A stretch of DNA of 62,185 bases, filler included, from Nemertoderma westbladi (lineage: Eukaryota > Animalia > Xenacoelomorpha), in the NCBI GenBank assembly GCA_032718475.1. It is 3 parts of 3 records of this genome, joined end to end, with 100 filler letters (N's around TTAATTAATTAA, not from the genome) between each part and the next. Parts side by side here need not be neighbours in the genome. Positions count along the whole stretch, not along the records: positions 23,783 to 42,745 come from JAUCBJ010003695.1; positions 42,846 to 62,185 come from JAUCBJ010006529.1; 1 more part is not named here. The stretch is one strand, 5' to 3'. Positions within the stretch are counted from its first letter, which is position 1. The number at the start of each line of letters is the position of its first letter. The position numbers were made by a program, and so were the translations under genes. Shown here piece after piece: positions 38,332 to 48,751 of this stretch. The notes beneath the pieces were generated by a model, which did no database searches, was not told the DNA's origin, and saw nothing but the letters and a program-made list of their open reading frames with translations.

Positions 38332-39208
38332 AGGGTGGCAGATCAGATCTGCCACCTATATTTATATTATTGATAGTAACAATGTGTTGGCAAGCTGTAT
38401 TTTTATAGCAACCGGTAAATTCAAATTTGTTTTAACATTGAATACAGGATTAGAGTAAGACTAATAAAATGTAATTCATTTGAATCAGAATAAATTATTT
38501 CTTATCGGTTTAACTCTCTCATTCGTTATTGTCGTTGTTTTATCTATTCTAGGATTTCGAACAGCACGTGAACACGTGAACAAAAGCTGACTGGTTAACT
38601 AATAGTCTGGGGCTGCGAGCAGCACGTGAACAACTAAGCTGTCTTGTTAACTAGTCTGGGACTTCGAGCAGCACTTGAACAACTAAGCTGACTAGTTAAC
38701 TAGTCTGGGACTTCGAGGAGCACGTGAACAACTAAGCTGACTGGTTAACCAGTCTGGGACTTCGAGCAGCACGTGAACAACTAAGCTATCTGGTTAACTA
38801 GTCTGGGACTTCGAGCAGCACTTGAACAACTAAGCTGTCTGGTTAACTAGTCTGGGACTTCGAGCAGCACTTGAACAACTAAGCTGACTGGTTAACTAGT
38901 CAGCTTAGTTGTTCACGTGCTGCTCGAAGCCCAAGACTAGTTAACGTGCTGGTTTAGTTGTTCACTTGCTGCTCGAAGTCCCAGACTAGTTAACAAGACA
39001 GCTTAGTTGTTCACGTGCTGCTCGAAGTCCCAGAATAGATAAAACAACAACAATAACGGATGAGTGAGTTAAACCGATAAGAAATAATTTATTCTGAATC
39101 AATGAATTACATTACTGCATTAGTCTTTTACCTTATTCATGTATTCAAAGTTAAAACAGATTTGAATTTACCGCCAAAATATAGGTGGCAGATCTGATCT
39201 GCCACCCT
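38332..39208. mobile_element. Foldback MITE, Kolobok-like, with internal 49-bp array
   Basis: TIRs agggtggcagatc.gatctgccacctata. Flanks tgaa / ttaa. The 49-bp units reverse orientation near 38896. Confidence 0.8.
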
Positions 39209-39399
39209 TTAACAATAATAAATAAATTAAGTTTTTTTAGTTAAAATCCCCCCGCCCCCTCCCCCTCCTGGATACTCCCATGCTGTAAAACATTATTAGG
39301 CCTACATTATATTTTTCGAACCTTTCTCATCTGTACGTAATCACCATAGATCATAGAATAATATTGATAATGATTCCCTATGTAGAACCAAGACAATAG

Positions 39400-39540
39400 A
39401 TTAGCCGTAACGCGACAATTAGCCGTAACGCGACTTTTTGAGTAGCCGTACCGCGACTTTCAAAGTCGCGTTACGGCTACTCTGAAAATTAGCCGTAACG
39501 CGACTTTCTGTAACGCGACATTAGCCGTACCGCCACTGCG
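39400..39540. repeat. Cluster of agccgtaacgcgac motifs (small MITE remnant)
   Basis: About seven direct and inverted copies. Confidence 0.6.
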
Positions 39541-39859
39541 CCCCCTTATTCACCTACAAACAATATTGACCGCTTGGTTTCTCTTTAAGCCACTGTCACC
39601 CAATAAGGGAGTGCCTGTAAAACTCCACTCCCTTCCTTCATTGGAGCCTCCTCTCTGCTATGCAGATATCCCTTGTTCCCCACGTGCCCCATTATACTTT
39701 AACCATTGTACAGTACTGTATTAACAAGGGAATATCTTGTAACTAACAAGAACTCTATTTTAATTATCATCGTTAGTAATCAGTTATTGATCAGTTTAAC
39801 AGACTAATATTTTTATCAATATCATTCAATTATCATAATATTTAATATGATTTACATTC

Positions 39860-40620
39860 ATTCAACGTAAAAATCATTGCCGAGAATATGAGATAAGGAG
39901 AGAAGAGGAATGGAAAAATAGTTCGTAATCTCCACCTGTAAAGTGGCGAACCCCAAAGGATTAACCTGCCCTCCTACACCAATTATGGGTGGTAAATCAA
40001 CAGGCCGTAATTCCACACAGGATGGGATGGAACTTGGGAACCACACTGTCTAAATACTGTATCATTCAATATCCTCGTTCTCCAACTTTGCTGGAAAATG
40101 CATGTCGAGTCTACCCGTTACTGTAGATGAGTACAATGCAGATGGGTTCGAGTTTAGAGTATTATTAGTGTTGGGATTAGGGTTGGGGTTTCTACCAGGA
40201 AAGCCCTTTCTACCATGGCATGCCCTGTCCAGTCCATACACGGTTTAGTACATTCCCGACTATAATGTCCCAGTTCACCTAAGTTATAACACGTGATACT
40301 ACTACAGTAGGTATTGGGCCGTGGATTATACTATACCCTCTATTACTACTGTCCCGTGTTCCACCCATCCACCTTGAGTTTGGGTCAAACCAGTTACTTG
40401 AATTCTGGTTGTAATTATCGCGACTATAGTTATAGTTACGTGGGTAGGTAGGTGGTGGTATCTGTGTTGGGTGATTAGGCTTCGGATTGGTCAGTTTCAA
40501 CTGTAAATCCTTTAACTGTGTCTCTAAATAATTCATATCGATAGGTTTTGTAGCCGGTTCAGATATGCTAACTTTTGGGTAGGTAGTTTGTCTGGGGGCA
40601 GGTGCACTTTTACGACGTAA
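39860..40620 (-). mobile_element. Ty3/Gypsy gag-protease remnant
   Basis: Degenerate zinc knuckle TCYNLGELGHYSREC (~40250-40295) and retropepsin tail IIGVGGQVNPLG..ILGNDF. Confidence 0.7.
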
Positions 40621-41875
40621 AGTTCAGTGGCATTCCAGTACCAGTCTGTCGCCACACTTACTTCCCTGTCAGCCTCCCCATTTGCCAGCTCGCGTACACT
40701 CTCTGGCTCAGAATTCTTAAAAAGCCATCCAAAGTATGTTTTTGGATATACTCCAGATTTATTACTGCCAGAGGTCTGTCACATGGCAATCTTTTGTACA
40801 TCTGACATTCTTCTGTGACAGCAGTGTGTCTTAAAAATGATGATGAGAGGTTGTTTCTGCAGGGTATTGCTTCCTTTCTACGCACAACATATACATAAAG
40901 TAGTTATAATAATAGTTGATGGTAGTGATTGCCATCCATTAATAATGGCACAATGCTGGCTCCATCCAGTCGCCAACAGTCTGTCTGCATTCGGCAGTAC
41001 TTTCATCTATAACAATTATTATCATACAGGCTTAGTCATGAGTATGTAATCTAAAATGATAATTAGAATACCATGGTAGCTACACCAACGTCCTGTATAG
41101 TCCAATTATGTATATATAATAAATTGATGTTCTCTCTCATGTATATAAATAAGAGGTTTCCCTATCTTTAACATCATTCACTGAACTACTTCCAAACTTA
41201 TGTGAGAAAGTTTATGTACAAAGAGTTTTTTTGTACACTTCTTTCTCTGCTGGCTGGTCTTTTCTTTATGCCAGTGCTCTAACTCTAAATCGTGTGCAGC
41301 CAAACCGACTAATAAGCTTCTACTGTAGAAGCGAGAGCAAACTGAGTTAGAATGAACCCGCCATTCATAAACTCAGCTAAATCATACGGAGGACATGTTG
41401 TCCTTTGTCGTGATATGCATGCCATTTCATGCAATGCTGCTCCGCAGCGCGCCATATCTGCGGCACATTAGGCTGCATATAGTTTAACTGCAGTGGTTTA
41501 CCCATGTGATAACATGACGTGCTCATGTGGCGTGCTACGAGCAAATCCACTATATGTCCATGCCACCACTACAGAGCCACTTCTTGTTGTACCATGAATA
41601 ACCAAAAGCCTTGAAATTAATCCGGGTTTATTAATTGAAAATTGTTAGGGTCTGGGGTCTTAGCACGGGACACTACCGATTGACTAATACTGGTTCTTTA
41701 ATGTCGCATGGCATTTATCTAGTTGAATTTACCAATATTAAAAACATACCCCGTTGCTTGCTAATAATAGGCTAGAGCTACACTGCAATACCGTGGCCTT
41801 ATTAAAACGTCTGACCCCTTCAAATCACAGTTAGCAAAAGCGAACTACAGTAAGTCTGACATACAACCATACAAA

Positions 41876-42572
41876 ATGTATTTTAACTTGATAATATCTT
41901 TCGCTATGTTAAACATCTGCACGACCCTTGGTGGGAAACTTCCTCACCATGATGTTGACAAGACTGTCGCTGATGGGTTCCTGGACACATCAAAGCGGTT
42001 TGCTTTTGAGTTAGACGAATGTGTTACAGATATGCGGGCTAAGCTATTCCGAAGTGCAACGGGGGATACTTGTACGGAATGCTGTTCAAACGTTAGTAAG
42101 AATCGATATTAGGATAGTCCTAACGATATACAGTATGGCCTACTGTAATTATGCAGTGTACTGTACTGTGTTTCAAACAATGTGTTGAAATTAATATCTT
42201 TAATAGATGTACCTTATTAATAAGGGCGATGAGATTAATATTGCTCTAGAATTTCCACTAGAATCATTTTTATAAACGAGGAACTGCAGCAATAAATATA
42301 ACAAGGTATTATGAATAAATAAAATGATGTTATCATAAGATTTAGTATTTCTTTTTAAGTTATCGCAAGGAATGGGTTAATAATTTGAGTTATTTTTTTT
42401 CCAGAATCTACACTATGAAGCACAATGCAATATTAAAGGTACTATTATCTTCAACAAGGACGGTTGCACTGCGGAAGAAACAGAGAATTGGAACGAAGGT
42501 TTATATAGAGGACACCGTTCCTCGGCGTCTCTTATAAATGCGGCAAACATTGTTGATCTGCATGAAGACTAA
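41876..42572 (+). CDS. Two-exon secreted Cys-rich prepropeptide, 127 aa (exons 41876-42091 and 42405-42572)
   Basis: Signal peptide, propeptide ending ADGFLDTSKR, phase-0 intron AAC|gttagt..ttttttttccag|AAT, and exon 2 NLHYEAQCNIKGTIIFNKDGCTAEETENWNEG..HED*. TATA-like tattaaaa near 41800 and AATAAA near 42690/42705. Confidence 0.7.
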
Positions 42573-42745
42573 ACTAAAGGACATTGTTTTCATCTCTATG
42601 TTAATATTTACTGGTTACTATGGTGGTGGGTGATTTATTTGAAAAGGATGTAAATGCGTTAATTTTAGTGTTAGTTGGAGGGAATTAAAATAAATGTTTT
42701 ATTAATAAATAAATATGTATGTAATAGTGTATGTAATAAAAAATA

Positions 42746-42845
42746 NNNNNNNNNNNNNNNNNNNNNNNNNNNNNNNNNNNNNNNNNNNNTTAATTAATTA
42801 ANNNNNNNNNNNNNNNNNNNNNNNNNNNNNNNNNNNNNNNNNNNN
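42746..42845. other. Artificial contig linker
   Basis: 44 N + TTAATTAATTAA + 44 N. Confidence 0.97.
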
Positions 42846-43179
42846 AGATATAATGTCTACAATAATTACTTCGGAAAGTACTGTACACTAAACCCTAAAT
42901 TAGGTACGAGTACTTGTATAACAAATAATCAGTAGTTAAGTATACTTGAACAGCTAAAAGAACCACGGCATCTGCTGGAGTGACCGATGCACAAAATCAC
43001 CAGTCTTTACCTACGCCGAGCAGCCCGTGTAGTACCGGGGTTAATTTAACTATAGCGGTATGTATAACAAACACAATTACTGTAGGAACAAACTTGGGGA
43101 ATGAATGTTGCGAATAATCGCATAAACTCTGAATAATAAATATTACGCTACGCGTACAATCTACTCAAACAAAATACAG

Positions 43180-43705
43180 ACCGAACACTGACAGACTACT
43201 ATCAAGCCTAAACAAACTACGGTATATGCAGACTCCGAAATGATTAGGGAGTATGCGCTCTAACCCAGTAGTGCGACTTATTCTTTAGTTGGGGGATTAC
43301 CTTACAGCGTTCGCTGCCCCTACTGCCTAATCGTACTTAATCGGACAGATGATCTACACACGCGGCAATCCGTTCAGACCTAATAACAGCCAGACAACTA
43401 TCCAGCCTACAAATTATCTAAATAAAATTATACGCTACCCGTACAGACTTACACAAACAAAGTACAGACTAAACGATGGCAGACCACTCTCAAGCCTAAA
43501 TAAACCACAGGACATGCAGACTCCGAAATGATTAGGGAGTATGCGCTCTAACCCAGTAGTGCGACTTATTCTTTAGTTGGGGGATTACCTTACAGCGTTC
43601 GCTGCCCCTACTGCCTAATCGTACTTAATCGGACAAGTGCTCTACACACACTGCAATTCGTTCGGACCTAACAGCAATCAGACAACAGCTCAGCCTACAA
43701 ATTGT
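43180..43705. repeat. ~288-bp tandem duplication with an identical ~120-bp core
   Basis: atgcagactccgaaatg..cttaatcggaca at ~43227 and ~43514. Confidence 0.9.
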
Positions 43706-45710
43706 CTGTCCAATCTGATCAGGTTTACACGCCTTCTGTTCAATACTGGCCTACAAACAAATAAAACTGACAGAAATAAGTAAGCTCCAAAAGAAACAAG
43801 GGGTGTACAGTCCCTAATCTCTTAAACAGCCTACCGGTATACAACAATCAAATCGAATAATACTAGTGTACTTATATGGCAGTACCGGTTCTAGCGGTTG
43901 GGCCTACTGACCTACAGATGTACCGGTTGACCGGTACTTTCAACTTTATTGCTTACTGCAATAAAGAAGCTATATCCTTTAATGTTCCCGCTTTCAGACC
44001 TTTGGCAGTTTAACCCGCCAAATTAAGATGTCTTCTAGATATTAAATCGCTTTTTAGCCTATGACAAGTATTTGATTCACTACACTAGTCGAAACCAATC
44101 CGTGCGCGACCATTCACCCGCTGGATATTCCCGGGAGATTGGGTTCGACGGTTTAATTTTGTTGCTATGTAAGCCTAATGTATTATTCGACTGACAGTAT
44201 TATATAATCTCTGACAATATTATTTACCTTCGGGAATATTAACAGTTCCTTTAGGACGTGGCGCTTTATCTACATAAACAGAGTTATGACTTAAACTACT
44301 CACAACGATATGGCTTAATTATAATTCACATATATGGCGCATTCTTTAGGAATGCTTCTTTAACAGACTCACTCATACACAATGCTGCACAATACTGCAC
44401 ACTAATCTGCCGATCTTCACTGATTTTAGTCACATATAAAAGAAACACAGACTGACTCATGTAGGGTCTATCAAATAACATTAGATTCACTTCAAACCAC
44501 TTTAACATAAGTCACAATCGTTTATCTGTAACCTTTCTCTCTTACCTTCGGTATATCAAGAATATTGGGTGTCGGGGTTATTTCTCGTTATTCCAATATA
44601 ATAATTCATCAACAAATATAATGAATAACCGACAACAAATAGCAGTATGCAGTATAAAAGTATGCACAGCGTTACACAGTATGCAGTGTATGCAGTACTG
44701 CAGTATGCAGTGATTACGAAATTGCAGAGTGTTTGTTTCGTCAGTTAAAGGATATATGTCCTTGTAATTAAACCTACTAGTGTTGAGCTAAAAAGCATAA
44801 AACATAAAACACTAAAAGCCGTTCTTTCGTGGCTTTGAAAAACTCGTGACTACTGCTCTATACGAGTATACCAACCACTCTTATTCCACGAAGCTCCCGT
44901 TCAACACAGAGAAAGAGCAGTGAGATAGGAAATTTTCAGTTCAGTACTCTGTGATTGGTCAAAATCAAGGCTAACTCAAAATTCTATTGGGAGATACAAA
45001 AACAAGGCTATGACGCAACTATCACAGCAAATAGACAAATCAGCGTACAGCAAATCAGCCAATAAGCTGGTAACTTGCACTATTTTTAGCTGTAGATCAC
45101 TTTGAGAGTATTCTTAGCGACTGGGGGGGAACTGGCCAACAAGGCAAACGAATCAGTTATCCCACAAAAGCTTTTACAGATTTGTATCAAATAATGTTGT
45201 CAAAGGCAATTTAATTTGACACAAATCAATCAGATAGGGGACGCGCGATGAATAGATTGTACTACAGTAGGGGTTGCCTTGGTATGTTGCCATGGTAGCC
45301 TTCAGCTTTGTTATCATGTAAGATTGGAAACCTTAGGTTTAGATCTTACGCGCCAGCATTCCCTCAATCGCACATAGACCAACTACAACCATTAATTACC
45401 ACACATACGAGCCCATATGTTAAATTAATCCTCAACCATTTCTATACTAGATACTGTAGTTTTATGTACCATACGACCATTGTCAAATCCCCTGAGAAAT
45501 TACAATAAACATCTGGTTTACAATAGATTATTCTTCTTTCACAACTCCATTCTAGCCTCCCTCTATAATAGCCCCCATTCACCGCATTCCCATTCATTCT
45601 CTAATTTTTATTTTTAAAAGTTTTATTTATTTTCATAAAAGTTTTATTTATTTAAAATATTGTAAAATCATTCAGCGAAAATTCATAATATCAATTGACT
45701 TTGCTATATA

Positions 45711-46793
45711 ATGCATAGAGATGAAAGATGTTTGGTTTGTAATAAAGAAATGAGACAAGACAATCTATCTCGTCATATGGAAAGACATAGAAAGGATAAA
45801 CTAATGGATCCATTCCCAAAGAAATTTAAAAAATCCGAAGATATTTTTAGTGAAGATGAAAAGAAAAAGAGAGTTGAGCGTGATATATTAAATATAAAAC
45901 AGACAACGGAAAATAAATTTCATAAAGTTATGAATATTTTGAAAGGGATACAAAAACAGTTACCCCTAAAAAATGATGAAAATTTGAGTGAGGAAGATGA
46001 AGAAGAAGAGGACTATGAGATGGAGAATGAAAATAGTGAGGGTCAGGATGAAGTTGAAGATAGTGAGATTGAGAACGAAGTGAGTGAAGGTCAGGAAGTG
46101 GAAGAAGAAAGTGAAGGTCAGGAAGAGGGTGAAGAAAGCGAAGGTCAGGAAGAGAATGAAGAAAGTGAAGAACAGGAAGAGGATGAAGAAAGTGAAGAAC
46201 AAGAAGAGGATGACGAAAGTGAAGGCCAGAAAGAGGATGAAGAAAGTGAAGGTCAGGAAGAGGACGAAGAAAGTGAAGGTCAGGAAAGTGAAGAAGATGA
46301 TGAAAATGATAATAATAAGGAAATATTGAGACAATTACTTGGAAATAAGAATAAATTACGGAAAATTATTAAACATTTGAAGGAAAAAGAAAAAAATAAA
46401 GAGGTGACATTGACCCAAGTTCTAGGAAGTAAAATTAAATTACATAAATTTATTAAACATTTAGAAGAGAATGATGAAAATAAAGAAGAGATATTGAGAC
46501 AAATATTAGGAAACAACAATCAAATGCGGAAATTTATTAAACAAATGGAAGAAAATGAGGAAAATAGAGAAGAGATATTAAGACAGGTTCTGGGAAATAA
46601 AAGTAAATTACTGAAAATTAATGAACAATTGAATAAGATTAAGAAACAGTTGGTTAATGAGGAAGATGAAAGTAAAGAAAATCAACCAGCTTTTACTTAT
46701 TTTCGAAGACCTATGATAGAAAAAACTCTCGTACAGTATATGCCCGCGCAGGAGGACACTATTGACATTTGTTTGTTTGAGTTCCTTTCATAA
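45711..46793 (+). CDS. Intronless protein: N-terminal C2H2 finger, Glu-rich repeat tract, ~25-aa helical repeats; function unknown
   Basis: CLVCNKEMRQDNLSRHMERH, (EESEGQEED)n, and four KEILRQ.LG.K.KL.K.I..LEENE-type units. The frame is kept open in the second copy. Confidence 0.7.
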   Translation: MHRDERCLVCNKEMRQDNLSRHMERHRKDKLMDPFPKKFKKSEDIFSEDEKKKRVERDILNIKQTTENKFHKVMNILKGIQKQLPLKNDENLSEEDEEEEDYEMENENSEGQDEVEDSEIENEVSEGQEVEEESEGQEEGEESEGQEENEESEEQEEDEESEEQEEDDESEGQKEDEESEGQEEDEESEGQESEEDDENDNNKEILRQLLGNKNKLRKIIKHLKEKEKNKEVTLTQVLGSKIKLHKFIKHLEENDENKEEILRQILGNNNQMRKFIKQMEENEENREEILRQVLGNKSKLLKINEQLNKIKKQLVNEEDESKENQPAFTYFRRPMIEKTLVQYMPAQEDTIDICLFEFLS

Positions 46794-47181
46794 TAGTATT
46801 AGAACTATTTATCCATAACAATTATATTAGTATTAGGAGTATTTATCCTTAATTATTATATTAGTATTATAAATGTATTTGCCAACAATATTTATTACTA
46901 TTAGGTCTATTTATTCAAGAAATTATATGTTTTTTATAATATATTTTGGAAAATTAGTCGACTAAGTCATAATTTTTAAAACTTTAAATAAGGGTTGAGT
47001 TATTTTATAAAGTTAAGAAGAGTGAATCAATGGAGGCAACCTGAAGTCTAATCTCTTGCCCTTTACTCATAAGACCGCACATTAACTCCCAAGGTTGCAT
47101 ACTATCACTCTAGCTGGGAGAGTCAAAGCTAGTGTACACTAGATTCAGCCTAGAGCTAGGAAAACGAATAATGCCCTTCTA

Positions 47182-48044
47182 GGGTTCGAACCTATTGCTG
47201 ACCGAGGCCTATTGCTGACCGAACGAAAACTGTCCTGGTTCATGCAGGGATCGAACCCATGACATGCGGGAGATGTGAATTCAACGCAACCACTACACCA
47301 AGGTGAAACAGTAACCTTCGAATTTGCTCGTTGAAGTTCGCATTTGTATGACTTTCATTTAAGACCTGACACAAACTATGCCTCACTGAGGCACTGAGAC
47401 ACTGAGGCATAGACTATGCCTCCCTGAGGCACTGAGGCATAGACTATGACTCACTGAGGCATAGACTATGCCTCACTGAAGCACTGAGGCACAGACTATG
47501 CCTCACTGAGGCATAGACTATGCCTTACTGAGGCACTGAGGCATAGACTATGCCTCACTGAGGCATAGTCTATGTCTCAGTGCCTCAGTGAGGCATAGTC
47601 TATGCCTCAGTGAGGCATAGTCTGTGCCTCAGTGCCTCAGTGAGGCATAGTCTATGCCTCAGTGAGTCATAGTCTATGCCTCAGTGCCTCAGTGAGGCAT
47701 AGTCTATGCCTCAGTGCCTCAGTGAGGCATAGTCTATGCCTCAGTGAGGCATAGTCTATGCCTCAGTGCCTCAGTGAGGCATAGTCTATGCCTCAGTGAG
47801 ACATAGTCTGTGCCTCAGTGAGGCATAGTCTATGCCTCAGTGAGGCATAGTCTGTGTCAGGTCTTAAATGAAAGTCTTACAAATGCGAACGTCAACGAAC
47901 AAATTCGAAGGTTACTGTTACACCTTGGTGTAGTGGTTGCGTTGAATTCACATCTCCCGCATGTCATGGGTTCGATCCCTGCATGAACCAGGACAGTTTT
48001 CGTTCGGTCAGCAATAGGCCTCGGTCAGCAATAGGTTCGAACCC
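47182..48044. mobile_element. Palindromic MITE: ~190-bp TIRs containing tRNA-like A/B boxes and an internal array that flips orientation
   Basis: 47182-47372 mirrors 47853-48044. Internal cctcactgaggcatagactatg units invert near 47568. Confidence 0.85.
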
Positions 48045-48053
48045 CTTAGGTTC

Positions 48054-48751
48054 GTCACCTCTTTATTTTCTTCATTTTCCTTCAAATGTTTAATAATTTT
48101 CCGCAATTTATTCTTATTTCCAAGTAATTGTCTCAATATTTCCTTATTATTATCATTTTCATCATCTTCTTCACTTTCCTGACCTTCACTTTCTTCGTCC
48201 TCTTCCTGACCTTCACTTTCGTCATCCTCTTTCTGACCTTCACTTTCGTCATCCTCTTCCTGTTCTTCACTTTCTTCATCCTCTTCCTGTTCTTCACTTT
48301 CTTCATTCTCTTCCTGAACTTCGCTTTCTTCACCCTCTTCCTGACCTTCACTTTCTTCGTCCTCTTCCTGACCTTCACTCACTTCGTTCTCAACCTCACT
48401 TTCTTCAACTTCATCCTGACCCTCACTATTTTCATTCTCCATCTCATCGTCCTCTTCTTCTTCACTTTCCTCACTCAAATTTTCATCATTTTCTAGGGGT
48501 AACTGTTTTTGTATCCTTTTCAAAATATTCATAACTTTATGAAATTTATTTTCCGTTGTCTGTTTTATCTTTAATATATCACGCTCAACTCTCTTTTTCT
48601 TTTCATCTTCACTAAAAATATCTTCGGATTTTTTAAATTTCTTTTGTAATGGATCCATTACTTTATCCTTTCTATGTCTTTCCATATGACAAGATAGATT
48701 GTCTTGTCTCATTTCTTTATTACAAACCAAACATCTTTCATCTCTATGCAT
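48054..48751 (-). pseudogene. 3'-truncated inverted copy of the 45711 gene
   Basis: Near-identical peptide up to NKEVT, then runs into the MITE TIR. Confidence 0.8.

Noticed and set aside
47920-47992. Possible tRNA genes (also 2956-3030, ~10735-10795, ~51265-51320)
   Set aside because: A/B boxes are present but no convincing cloverleaf forms. They are SINE-like.
45966-48496. Phe-rich and Lys-rich ORFs overlapping the acidic gene copies
   Set aside because: Alternate-frame or antisense shadows of the Glu-rich repeat.
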